In this document: positions 15,540 to 24,410 of the stretch, one piece after another
How the letters are laid out: each line of letters starts with the position of its first letter
Numbering within the stretch: position 1 is the stretch's first letter
Assembly (NCBI GenBank): GCA_019056785.1
Contig: DXJV01000053.1
Span: 1-29,843, forward strand
Length of the DNA stretch: 29,843 bases
Source of the DNA: Candidatus Heimdallarchaeota archaeon
GTDB taxonomy: Archaea; Asgardarchaeota; Heimdallarchaeia; JABLTI01
Reading direction: 5' to 3'
The notes under the pieces: model-generated
The model's input: the letters and a program-made list of their open reading frames with translations, nothing else
What the model was told of the DNA's origin: nothing
Databases searched by the model: none
Position numbers and translations under genes: made by a program

Positions 15540-17204
15540 ATGTCACAACAAAACATACCTATTATCTTGTTAAAAGAGGGAACGTCCCGTACAAAGGGAA
15601 AAGAAGCACAGAAGAACAACATGCGTGCAGCGATGGCTATTGCTGAGGCTGTACGATCGACTCTCGGACCAAAAGGTTCTGATAAGATGTTGGTTGATTC
15701 TTTAGGTGATATCGTTATTACTAACGATGGCGCAACCATCCTTGATGAAATTGATGTTGAACATCCTGCTGCCAAGCTGATGACACAAGTCGCAAAAACG
15801 CAGGATGATTCAGTTGGGGATGGAACAACCTCTGCTGTTGTTCTTGCAGGTGCACTCTTGAAAAATGCTGATGATTTAATTGAATTGGGTGTTCATCCTT
15901 CGATTATTGTTTCTGGTTATAAACGTGCCACAGAGAAAGCACGCGCAATTCTCGAGCAAGTGGCAATAGATATTGAAGCCACTGACAAGAAAACCCTCGA
16001 GAAAGTGGCCGCTACCTCATTAAACAGCAAAATTGTCTCTACTGAGAAAGATTTAATGACAAAGATCAGTGTAGAGGCTGTCCTTCAAATTGCAGAGCAA
16101 ATTGATGGCCGGCGTGTTGCTGATTTAGACTGGATTAAAATTGTCCAGAAGGCAGGGAAGTCATTAACTGACACCCAACTTATTAAGGGCATTCTTTTGG
16201 ACAAAGAAGTTGTTCATCCTGGTATGCCAACAAGCATTACCAACGCAAAAATTGCACTAATCGATGATAATATCGAGATACAAAAGACCGAGTTTAGCGC
16301 TGAAATTAAAATCGATGAAACTTCACAAATGCAAGCCTTTTTAGACCGCGAACAACAATTAATCGAAGAAATGGTTGAGAAAATTGTTTCTTCAGGTGCC
16401 AATGTGCTTATTTGTCAGAAAGGCATTGATGACCTCGCCCAACACTTCTTGGCTAAGAAAGGCATACTTGCAGTTCGTCGTGTAAAGAAGAGCGACATGG
16501 AAAAACTCGCACGAGCTACAGGTGGAAAAATCGTTTCGACCTTATATGACCTAAACAAGAAGGATTTGGGTATAGCCGGTAAAGTTGAACAAATAAAGAT
16601 CGGCGATGAAAATAACATTCTCATTTCAGAAGCAAAGAATCCACGGTCAGTCACCATTCTCATCCGTGGTGGTAGTAAATATATCACAGATGAAGCAGAA
16701 CGCGCTATTACTGATGCACTTAGTGTAGTTCGTGATGTCATAGAAGACGGCAAAATTGTTGCCGGTGGAGGAGCATCAGAAGTCGAAATTGCCATGCAGC
16801 TTCGAGAGCTCGCAGAAAGCATCGGTGGTCGAGAACAATTAGCAATTGAGAAATTTGCTGATGCAATGGAAGTCATTCCAAAAACCCTGGCTGAAAATGC
16901 TGGTCTAGATGCTATTGATATTGTTACACAAATAAAGTCAAAACACAATGGTGCAGATGGCTATAAATTCGGCCTTGACCTCTTTAAAGGAAAAGTCGTG
17001 GATCTTGTGAAAGGTGGCATTATTGAGCCTTTACGCGTGAAATCTCAAGCAATCAGATCCGCTTCTGAGGCGGCTGAATTAATTCTAAGAATTGATGACG
17101 TTATCGCTGCAAAAGCCCAATCCGGTGGCGCTCCTGGCGGAATGCCCGGTGGAATGCCTGGTGGAATGCCTGGTGGAATGCCTCCAGGTATGCCTCCAAT
17201 GTAA
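15540..17204 (+). CDS. ths: Thermosome subunit (group II chaperonin)
   Basis: [39 protein letters not shown] and ILRIDDVI. The start is ATG 15540 ([14 protein letters not shown]), not 15309. Confidence 0.98.
   Translation: MSQQNIPIILLKEGTSRTKGKEAQKNNMRAAMAIAEAVRSTLGPKGSDKMLVDSLGDIVITNDGATILDEIDVEHPAAKLMTQVAKTQDDSVGDGTTSAVVLAGALLKNADDLIELGVHPSIIVSGYKRATEKARAILEQVAIDIEATDKKTLEKVAATSLNSKIVSTEKDLMTKISVEAVLQIAEQIDGRRVADLDWIKIVQKAGKSLTDTQLIKGILLDKEVVHPGMPTSITNAKIALIDDNIEIQKTEFSAEIKIDETSQMQAFLDREQQLIEEMVEKIVSSGANVLICQKGIDDLAQHFLAKKGILAVRRVKKSDMEKLARATGGKIVSTLYDLNKKDLGIAGKVEQIKIGDENNILISEAKNPRSVTILIRGGSKYITDEAERAITDALSVVRDVIEDGKIVAGGGASEVEIAMQLRELAESIGGREQLAIEKFADAMEVIPKTLAENAGLDAIDIVTQIKSKHNGADGYKFGLDLFKGKVVDLVKGGIIEPLRVKSQAIRSASEAAELILRIDDVIAAKAQSGGAPGGMPGGMPGGMPGGMPPGMPPM
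17125..17201 (+). repeat. 12-bp coding tandem repeat giving the GGMP tail of the thermosome
   Basis: GGTGGAATGCCT-type units encode [26 protein letters not shown]. Confidence 0.9.
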
Positions 17205-17231
17205 TAACATTGGGTTTTTACCAGAAAACTC

Positions 17232-17263
17232 GAGACCTTGGGGTCTCACTTTCTTCTTTTTTA
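17232..17263 (+). terminator. Hairpin plus T-tract terminator, probably shared between the convergent genes
   Basis: GAGACC-TTGG-GGTCTC (17232-17247) followed by ACTTTCTTCTTTTTT. Confidence 0.6.
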
Positions 17264-17312
17264 CAATTAATTAATTTTTCTTTTTGAAAAAATAAAAAAA
17301 GGAATTAGTGGA

Positions 17313-17870
17313 TTAAATGGAGCTAATGGCTTCCAGCTCTTTTCGCAGGTCGTCGATATCTTTTTCTGTTAATTCTACATCCTCACTTTCGCCAAAATCG
17401 CTTGGTGAAACTTTCACAGATTTTGACTTTAGTTCCATCTCCCGTTGTTGTAACAATCGCTTTTCTTTTGCTTGGAGATCGGATTTAATGATTTGAAAGA
17501 AGTTAGTAAATTGGGAAATATCTTTGGGGGGGATTATCCAAAAGCTTGCATTTTTAAAGCTAAAGGATTCAGTTCCGAGACCAAAAACGCTCGAGCGGAG
17601 TTTAATGAGATTGCTATATTCACCAATGAAGGTAACAATACACATTTTCCCATCGGTTGTTACTGGCAGCCAATCAATGGAGTTTCTCGCTCGAACAAGA
17701 GAAACAATTCTTCGAAGTTTTGTTTCTTTTTCCCCTGCACAATTCTGAAAGACCCACAAAGCACAAACGAGGTCCTCTTTCTGTGGTGTTCCTTTCGTGC
17801 TTTCCGTGGGGATTTTCATTTCATCAATTGAAATACTTGTTTTCTGCACTTTGGGAGTCATTTGAACCAC
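17313..17870 (-). CDS. Hypothetical protein (small alpha/beta domain, coiled coil, acidic linker, C-terminal amphipathic helix)
   Basis: A 185-aa ORF that fills the gap between the thermosome and the esterase and has its own TATA-like element (minus strand ATTAAGTA, 17920-17913). The start may be ATG 17861. Confidence 0.65.
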   Translation of the reverse strand: MVQMTPKVQKTSISIDEMKIPTESTKGTPQKEDLVCALWVFQNCAGEKETKLRRIVSLVRARNSIDWLPVTTDGKMCIVTFIGEYSNLIKLRSSVFGLGTESFSFKNASFWIIPPKDISQFTNFFQIIKSDLQAKEKRLLQQREMELKSKSVKVSPSDFGESEDVELTEKDIDDLRKELEAISSI

Positions 17871-18007
17871 ACTAAAGTTAATAGTATTATAGTATTTTAC
17901 GTTTTCTTTTGCTACTTAATGCCTTTTTTAGCAAGGTGTGACATCTTTTGGAGAAAAAAGCATTTATTCTTTGGAAAGTACAGAAAGTAAACAAGAGTTG
18001 ATTTTTC

Positions 18008-18772
18008 ATGCCTATTTTCAAACTAAATCCAGATGCCAAGGCATTTTATTTTAAGCGAAGTCAAGTTGGTTGCCTTCTTTGTCATGGCTTCACCGGCACA
18101 CCAAAAGAAGTTCGTGAACTTGGGAATTTCTTGGCAGAAAAAGACATAACAATTTATGCTCCTCGCCTTCCCGGGCATGGAACCAGCATAGATGACTTGA
18201 AAACAACTTGCTTTACTGATTGGTTCTTAGAATATTCGAAAGGTGTGGACAAATTAGCTGCAGACTGCCAAGAAATCTTTGTTTGTGGTTTATCACTAGG
18301 TGGCATCCTTTCCCTGAAATATGCTATTGACCATCCTGTAGCAGGAATAATTGCTATGGCAACGCCACTCACTTTTGGTGTTCTAAATACTCTTGCCCTT
18401 GCTATTATTGGTGGAATAGCAAAAAATATTGTTATAACAAAAAGCAAGGAAACTTTAGCTGAAATGAAGAACCATTCTATCTTATGCTATGAGCAAGACC
18501 CCATTGGACCGGCTAATTCAATTCGGAAAAACCTCCAGGCTATTCGACGAAACTTACATCGAATTTCCGCTCCAATCCTTATCCTTCAAGGCCTTCATGA
18601 TGCACGATGGATAGTCCACTCCGCCAAAAAAATTCATGAGCGAGTTTCATCAACAGAAAAAGAACTTGTCTTTCTTGAACAATCATCTCACAACCTTCTT
18701 ATGGGGCCAGAAATTGCTTCTGTAAAAAAGATTGTTTATGCGTTTCTCAAAAAGCATTCCGTTTTGTTATAA
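18008..18772 (+). CDS. Alpha/beta-hydrolase carboxylesterase (Est30/YvaK/monoacylglycerol-lipase-like)
   Basis: LLCHGFTGTP, PRLPGHGT, nucleophile GLSLGG, LILQGLHD and SSHN. Confidence 0.92.
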   Translation: MPIFKLNPDAKAFYFKRSQVGCLLCHGFTGTPKEVRELGNFLAEKDITIYAPRLPGHGTSIDDLKTTCFTDWFLEYSKGVDKLAADCQEIFVCGLSLGGILSLKYAIDHPVAGIIAMATPLTFGVLNTLALAIIGGIAKNIVITKSKETLAEMKNHSILCYEQDPIGPANSIRKNLQAIRRNLHRISAPILILQGLHDARWIVHSAKKIHERVSSTEKELVFLEQSSHNLLMGPEIASVKKIVYAFLKKHSVLL

Positions 18773-18861
18773 TTTAGAAGCTCAGATGCCCTTTAGTCTA
18801 TTGTGAAATTTTTTTTAAAGAAACCTTTTTATCTTACACGTTAGACCTCTTACTGAGGGAC

Positions 18862-19314
18862 ATGTGGATACTTGATACGAGTTCTAATGTTGGAAAGATG
18901 AGCCCGATTCAAATGGCTATTTTAATGGAGTATGCAAAAGCCGGCAAAAACAATCCTTTGAAAATTACAGATGTAATGGCTATCCTTGAACGATCATTTG
19001 AGAATTTTTGGCTACCAAAAAAAGGCACTATTTATCCTGCCGTTCACAATTTACACATGCGTGGCTTCTTGAAAATGCATGCCATTAAACCTTATGGGTA
19101 TTCAATTACTCCACAAGGGACACAGGCAATTTTGCAAATAATCTCTAATATTAACAAACAAATGCAGATTTACATGCGTTATTATTCCTATCTACTTGAT
19201 AGTTTTGCCGAAATTAATTCTGAAAAAGCCTTCACTATAAAGCGTGCGCTTTTAGACTCCTTTGAGGGGTTCTTAAAGGTTCAGAAATCAACTTTGAAAA
19301 AGAAAAGATTATAA
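18862..19314 (+). CDS. PadR-family winged-helix transcription regulator
   Basis: FWLPKKGTIYPAVHNLHMRGFL...YSITPQG. Confidence 0.8.
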   Translation: MWILDTSSNVGKMSPIQMAILMEYAKAGKNNPLKITDVMAILERSFENFWLPKKGTIYPAVHNLHMRGFLKMHAIKPYGYSITPQGTQAILQIISNINKQMQIYMRYYSYLLDSFAEINSEKAFTIKRALLDSFEGFLKVQKSTLKKKRL

Positions 19315-19337
19315 TGCAATAGCAAGAGTTTTTCTTT

Positions 19338-19736
19338 ATGGTAAAAATTACTGCTTTTTATGGCACTACTTGGTGTAGTGATTGTAAGCGCTCAAAAAAT
19401 TTCTGGGAGAACATCGCATACCGTATGATTTTATTGATATAGAAGAAGATGAAAATGCAGCGTTAAAAGTGGAAGCGCTAAATAATGGTAAGCGTAAGGT
19501 TCCAACGATTGTCTTTGATGATGATACTTTTCTTGTCGAACCATCAAATGCAAAGCTTGCAGCTAAATTGGCTCTTTATTTCAAAGCCTAAACATAATTT
19601 CCATGATGTGATCATTATTGGCGGTGGGTCAGCGGGTGACTGCCATTCTGGTTCAATTCAACAAGCTGCTTACGCCGCCGCCGGTGAAGGTGCTGCTGTG
19701 GCATTAATGGTTCGAAACTATCTTCAAAAGCATTAA
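19338..19736 (+). pseudogene. Decayed glutaredoxin (NrdH/mycoredoxin-like)-thioredoxin reductase fusion
   Basis: Manual translation gives MVKITAFYGTTWCSDCKRSK, then a frameshift in the A6 run at 19394-19399, then FLGEHRIPYDFIDIEEDENAALKVEALNNGKRKVPTIVFDDDTFLVEPSNAKLAAKL. A second frameshift at ~19575 leads to HDVIIIGGGSAG joined directly to DCHSGSIQQAAYAAAGEGAAVALMVRNYL. These are the two termini of TrxR with the core missing. Confidence 0.85.
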
Positions 19737-19756
19737 TGCTAACAACGAGAAAATGT

Positions 19757-19835
19757 TGGAGCCGTTGGAGGGATTTGAACCCTCGCTCTACTGATTACGA
19801 ATCAGTCGCCTTAAACCGGGCTTGGCCACAACGGC
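19757..19835 (-). tRNA. trnT: tRNA-Thr (anticodon CGT), no intron, CCA encoded
   Basis: Reverse complement GCCGTTG-TG-GCC AAGCCCGGTTTAA GGC-G-ACTGA TT CGT AA TCAGT-AGAGC-GAGGG TTCAAAT CCCTC-CAACGGC-T-CCA folds as a full cloverleaf. Confidence 0.97.
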
Positions 19836-20052
19836 TTCTTGGTCTTTTTTTCAGATAGAGGGGCTTAATATTTCTTATCATCAGTAAAAAAAGTTCTCAT
19901 ATTATCCTCTGCCTTTCTCTTTCATTTTTTTATCATACTTCTCTCATTTGAAAATTGGTTCTCACTAGGTTGAAAAAATGTGTTTGTGTCAGTTGTGCTC
20001 AAAATCATTTATAAACTTCCCGAAAAATTGTTAGTATGAGAAGTATTCTGGA

Positions 20053-21179
20053 GTGCTAAGAATATCAATAGATGTTTATCGGCGATTACAAGAGCATTTT
20101 GATAGTTTCCCCTTGCGATTTCCCTCAACTGAGTCAAGGTTAGAAATTCGATTGCTGAAGAAATTATTCACTCCAGAAGAAGCTGAAATTGCAACACTGA
20201 TTAAATGTGGCTATTTGGGTTCACTTGACACATATGAAACATTAGAAGAGATTTTCAGCCATGTAAAGTGTTTGGGTTATACAAAGGAAGAAGTGGAAAA
20301 GCACCTTGATAATATGGCGAAGAAAGGAGCTATTTATGGGTAGCACATGAAAGGGCGAGAAGGTCTATGCCAATACGTTACTAATTATTGGAATATGCGA
20401 ATTTCAAGTCGATAAATTGACAGAAGATTTTCAAAAAGATCTTAATCAGTATTTAGCAGAGGCGTGGGGTCCGGCAAATGAAGACATCAGAGTTCGTCAA
20501 TTACGGACAATACCTGTGGGAATAAAAATCGAGCAAAAATTGTATCGCTAAGTATGATGACATTAAAGTGTTATTTAAAGAATCGTCTGGCCCTTTTGCA
20601 AAAGTCAATTGTATTTGTCGGCAATCTAAAGATCTTATCAATGAGCCTTGTCAAGTTACGGAGCGGTGAGAGGTTTGTATGGCCACTAGTGATACGGCAC
20701 GGTTATATATTGATCAAGGATATGGCCGTAAGATTTCCAAAGAGGAAGCTATTCAATATTTAAAAAAGAATGAAGAAGAAGGATTGATCTTCCAGATTAG
20801 TAATTCTCAAGAAATGATTTTTGTTTGTAGTTGTTGTACTTGTTGTTGCGCTGGATTAGTTGCTTTAAAACAAATGCCTAATCCTGCAGATTTTACCTCG
20901 AGTAATTATCAAGCTGTCATTAATGAAGAGTTGTGTGGTGGCTGTGGGGCTTGTGTTGAGAGGTGTCAAATGGATGCGATTACCTTGGAAAGCAATTTTG
21001 CAGTTATCATTCAAAAAAGATGTATAGGGTGTGGTAACTATCTTCTTGTCTGTCCGGAAGATGCTATCTCACTTAACATTAAAAAACAACCGCATATTCC
21101 CCCTTTGACATCAATTGATTTGCTTACAGAAATAGCCATGGTAAGGCGAAAAGTGGAAACAAAATCTGACGACGAGTAA
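20053..21179 (+). pseudogene. Disrupted 4Fe-4S dicluster ferredoxin-domain protein (~370 aa, N-terminal wHTH-like region)
   Basis: Three segments join into one protein: DVYRRLQEHFDSFPLRFP...LFTPEEAEIA...MAKKGAI / ...IIGICEFQVDKLT...QLRTIPV / ...CICRQ...EPC...R*EVCM...CSCCTCCC...CGGCGACVERC...CIGCGNYLLVCP. Lesions: a frameshift plus stop at ~20341-20350, a frameshift at ~20535-20543, an in-frame TGA at 20667-20669, Cys>Tyr in the second cluster motif, and a probable ATG>ATA at 20062. Confidence 0.85.
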
Positions 21180-21190
21180 GCTCTTCATCC

Positions 21191-21257
21191 CCAAAGGTTT
21201 TAAGTATAAGTTTGGCGTACCAACGTATTACCAATGATAATTGCTTTTAGCTACCAA
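21191..21257 (+). promoter_or_regulatory. BRE/TATA promoter of the RHH gene with three TACCAA repeats (candidate operator)
   Basis: CCAAAGG-TTTTAAGTA (TATA 21198-21206). TACCAA occurs at 21218, 21229 and 21252. Confidence 0.55.
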
Positions 21258-21282
21258 TGTGAACAAAGGTGTAGATGTAATT

Positions 21283-21441
21283 ATGAATCTAATATCTGTA
21301 AAAATTCCGGAGACATTTCTTGAAGGATTAGATGATTTGGTCAGACTGGGTGTTTACCCCAGTCGATCTGAAGCGATTAGGGTTGCCATTCGCGACCTTT
21401 TACGTAAAGAACTTTGGGATAATCGTCGAAGCCGTTCTTAG
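21283..21441 (+). CDS. Ribbon-helix-helix (CopG/MetJ) regulator, CdrS/aCcr1-like
   Basis: [45 protein letters not shown], 52 aa from ATG 21283. Confidence 0.9.
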   Translation: MNLISVKIPETFLEGLDDLVRLGVYPSRSEAIRVAIRDLLRKELWDNRRSRS

Positions 21442-21491
21442 AACCCACTTCCTTCCCATAAAAAAGGCACAATTAAAAATAATCATAGAGG

Positions 21492-21917
21492 ATGAACAAA
21501 ATGGTCGTTTATTCAATTGAAATTGGGATTGAAACAGACAACGAACTCCAGCTGGTAGATATCACGCTCCAAGTGAGGAACGCTGTCAAAAAAGCGGGTG
21601 TGAAAACAGGTCTGGTGAATGTCTTCGTCCCGGGTGCAACCGGTGCAATAACCACGATGGAATTTGAGCCGCGACTCGTCGAAGACACGATTGCTCTTCT
21701 TAAACGGTTAATCCCCAAAGATGCAGGTTATAAGCACGACTTTCAAGATGATAATGCTCATAGCCATTTGCGTGCGAGCCTTCTTTCACCTGAAATTACT
21801 ATCCCTATTAATAATCGAGAACCTATACTAGGTACTTGGCAACAGGTTGTCTTTATAGAATTGGATACTCGTGGACGTGAACGAAAGGTTATCATTACAG
21901 TCACGGGTGAAAAATAA
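21492..21917 (+). CDS. yjbQ: YjbQ/UPF0047 family protein (secondary thiamine-phosphate synthase-like)
   Basis: VFVPGATGAITTMEFEP, YKHD..DDNAHSHLRASLL and LGTWQQVVFIELD. Confidence 0.93.
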   Translation: MNKMVVYSIEIGIETDNELQLVDITLQVRNAVKKAGVKTGLVNVFVPGATGAITTMEFEPRLVEDTIALLKRLIPKDAGYKHDFQDDNAHSHLRASLLSPEITIPINNREPILGTWQQVVFIELDTRGRERKVIITVTGEK

Positions 21918-21976
21918 GCACACTCTCAAGCTTAGCATCTATCATCTTTCCCTTTTATTTTTACACGGTAATAATA

Positions 21977-22186
21977 ATGTCGGAAAAAAAATTCATCGTT
22001 ATTCATTGCCCCCGTTGTGGCAAATGGACCTATGCCCGTTCCCGGCAGAAAAGTCGTTTTTGTAGCCGTTGCGAGCGTTCTTTTAAGATCGACCCCGTAA
22101 AAGTGATCTACGCGAAAAGCCACCGCGAAGCGTCCTTTCTTGTGAAACTAAAAAACGCAGAAGTAATGAAATCTGACTTCAAATAA
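21977..22186 (+). CDS. Small zinc-ribbon protein (DUF1922-like)
   Basis: FIVIHCPRCGKWTYARSRQKSRFCSRCERSFKI contains two CxxC pairs. Confidence 0.75.
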   Translation: MSEKKFIVIHCPRCGKWTYARSRQKSRFCSRCERSFKIDPVKVIYAKSHREASFLVKLKNAEVMKSDFK

Positions 22187-22309
22187 CCATAAAAGTGTTC
22201 TCGAAATGATTCAGACAAACGAACGGAAAAATATTTTAAAGACAAATTTTTTACAAGAGCACTAGTTCAAAAATGAAGCTATGCTAATTTAGCAGTGGTG
22301 TAAAAAAAC

Positions 22310-22498
22310 TTGAAACCAAGGTCATGGATGATTGTAATACTCGCGATAGGTTCAATAGCACTAGTCATTGGTATTATCTTAGGAATGCATGAAAAAATCA
22401 ATGAACTATTTCATATCAGCCCTACTCTTATTGAGGCGTTTGAGAAATTCATCGAACAGTACATTAAAGGCATTCCAATCCCACCACCTGTTTCTTAA
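22310..22498 (+). CDS. Small single-TM protein, probably the partner of the downstream polyferredoxin
   Basis: 62 aa with TM WMIVILAIGSIALVIGIILG. GTGGTG lies upstream, and the gene ends 33 nt before the next one. Confidence 0.55.
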   Translation: MKPRSWMIVILAIGSIALVIGIILGMHEKINELFHISPTLIEAFEKFIEQYIKGIPIPPPVS

Positions 22499-22531
22499 GA
22501 ACAATAAAACTGCACGCGGAGAAAAAACAAA

Positions 22532-23482
22532 ATGGGTACAAAAGCAGAGGAATCAAAAGTCAAAACATTTGGATTGCGTGTTTTAACAGCGATTAATTCG
22601 AGAAAGGTTCGATTGATTCGTTGGTTAATACAAATTGCCTCTTTCCTTCTCGTTAATGGCGGGCTCATCGGTGTAAATTGGTCTCTTGGAATTTTACCAA
22701 TCAATCAACCCGCGGGCGCCCCATTTACAACTGTGCTGGGCGCTTTCGATGTCTTTCAAGCCATCTTTTCCGGCGGGTTGTTTCCATTCCTAGTTTTTGG
22801 TGTTACACTCATCATTGGTGGCCTGTTTGGAAGAATGCTCTGTGGCTGGGTTTGTCCTTTTGGCTTCTTTCAAGATCTGCTCCGATTAATTCCTGTGAAG
22901 AAATTAAAAATCTCGAAACCTTTGAACAAAGGGTTGCGAGACATTCGCGCAGTCATTTTTTGGGGCGTAATTCTTGTTGGCAGTTTTGTTGGTTATAAAG
23001 AATTAATTAACCAAAGTGTGGCAGAAAATTTCGGTGTCTTTGCCCAACAACCATGGACTCCCTTTAATCCGGCTGCAACATTGTTTGTAATGTTCTTTTA
23101 CATGATCTTCTGGAAGCAATACCCAGGCGGTTCTGAAGATTTTGCTGCTGGCGATTGGAGTTTTATGTTCTATTTCCGAATTGTAATCCTCCTTGTTGTA
23201 ATAGGTTTCAGTATCTTTATCCCCCGTTTCTATTGCCGATATGTTTGTCCTATTGGTTATGCAATGGGTTTCACAGCAAAATATAGTTTAATTGGTATTG
23301 CTCGTAATCCAGCACGCTGTACCCGTTGTGGAGACTGTGAAGAAATGTGTGAAAGGACCGCCATGCAAGTGCCTATTCTCGATTACTCTTACCAAAGGGT
23401 TCGGGATGCAAACTGCACAAACTGTGGCAATTGTTTAGATGCTTGCCCACATGGCGCGATCTACTTCAAGTTTAAAGGATAG
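22532..23482 (+). CDS. Membrane-bound 4Fe-4S binding protein (NapH/MauN/YccM-type polyferredoxin)
   Basis: GRMLCGWVCPFG and RFYCRYVCPIG (CxxxCP motifs), CTRCGDCEEMC and CTNCGNCLDACP, plus 4-5 TM segments. Confidence 0.92.
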   Translation: MGTKAEESKVKTFGLRVLTAINSRKVRLIRWLIQIASFLLVNGGLIGVNWSLGILPINQPAGAPFTTVLGAFDVFQAIFSGGLFPFLVFGVTLIIGGLFGRMLCGWVCPFGFFQDLLRLIPVKKLKISKPLNKGLRDIRAVIFWGVILVGSFVGYKELINQSVAENFGVFAQQPWTPFNPAATLFVMFFYMIFWKQYPGGSEDFAAGDWSFMFYFRIVILLVVIGFSIFIPRFYCRYVCPIGYAMGFTAKYSLIGIARNPARCTRCGDCEEMCERTAMQVPILDYSYQRVRDANCTNCGNCLDACPHGAIYFKFKG

Positions 23483-23570
23483 AAAAAAACAGCTAATTTT
23501 TTTCTTTCTTTTTTCTTCTTTTATTAAAAATCGTTTTAAATGATAACTCCCCTAGTTTTCTTTGATACCA

Positions 23571-24323
23571 ATGAATCAGTTAATTGATGAGGTTATTTCT
23601 CTTGTCGAGGAAGTAAGAGAACGTAAAAAATTCAAAGCATATGTTTTAACCGGTTCTGGCATTTCTCGTGCTTCAGGAATTCCAACATTTCGTGGAGAAG
23701 ATGGTCTCTGGGAAAAATATGATTTTGAAGAAGTTGCAACATATGATGCATGGGTAAAGAACCCTGAAAAACTGTGGGAATTTTATCGTGAAGGAATAGA
23801 CCTTATCCTCAACTCTGAACCTAATAACGCACACTATGCAGTTGCAAAACTGGAGGAAATGGGTTTCTGCCAGAGTGTGATTACTCAAAATGCTGATGGG
23901 TTGCATCAAAGAGCCGGTTCTAAAAACGTCTATGAAGTTCATGGCAATTTAACTCGAGTGGTTTGTCCTAATTGTGGTATGAAAGCACCATTCCAATACA
24001 ACGCAGAAAACTTTCCACCACACTGTTCTTGTGGGTCTTTACTCCGTCCTGATGTCGTTCTTTTTGGAGAAACGCTCCCCACAGATATACTTTCAAAAGT
24101 ATTCTCAATTGCAAAAACAGCCAACCTCGTGTTTGTGGTTGGTACAAGTGCTGAAGTATATCCAATAGCATCTCTCCCCCATCTTTCAAAACGGAATAGG
24201 GCACGTGTCGTTGTTTTCAATATTAAGAAAACATCTCATGCTCAAATTGCCGATGTGTTTATTCAAGGGAAATGTGAGGAAACTCTCCCAAAACTCGTTG
24301 AAAAATTAGTTCAAAAAGAATAA
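23571..24323 (+). CDS. cobB: NAD-dependent protein deacylase, Sir2/CobB family
   Basis: LTGSGISRASGIPTFRG, ITQNADGLHQRAG, EVHGN, CPNC...CSC, LRPDVVLFGE and VGTSAEVYP. Start is ATG 23571 or TTG 23562. Confidence 0.95.
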   Translation: MNQLIDEVISLVEEVRERKKFKAYVLTGSGISRASGIPTFRGEDGLWEKYDFEEVATYDAWVKNPEKLWEFYREGIDLILNSEPNNAHYAVAKLEEMGFCQSVITQNADGLHQRAGSKNVYEVHGNLTRVVCPNCGMKAPFQYNAENFPPHCSCGSLLRPDVVLFGETLPTDILSKVFSIAKTANLVFVVGTSAEVYPIASLPHLSKRNRARVVVFNIKKTSHAQIADVFIQGKCEETLPKLVEKLVQKE

Positions 24324-24410
24324 AAAGAGCTTTTTTATCTCTTTAGAATCGGAATATTTACATTTGAGTTTGAAATCAAAGTCTAATTATAATCTCGGAG
24401 ATTATGGATT

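Noticed and set aside
17125-17201. Tandem repeat as a CRISPR or VNTR-type element
   Set aside because: It is the coding GGMP tail typical of chaperonins and has no spacers. I saw no CRISPR array anywhere in the window.
19700-19900. Integrated element at tRNA-Thr
   Set aside because: I saw no integrase, transposase or duplicated tRNA 3' end in the window by eye.
20341-20669. In-frame TAG/TGA in the ferredoxin gene as pyrrolysine or selenocysteine recoding
   Set aside because: Two frameshifts and a Cys>Tyr loss accompany the stops. The TGA falls at a non-Cys position (ER*EVC, probably CGA>TGA). Pseudogenisation explains all of it.
9868-24323. Sir2-HerA anti-phage defence pair
   Set aside because: The Sir2 is a canonical zinc-binding CobB-type deacylase more than 10 kb from the HerA-like gene and sits in housekeeping context.
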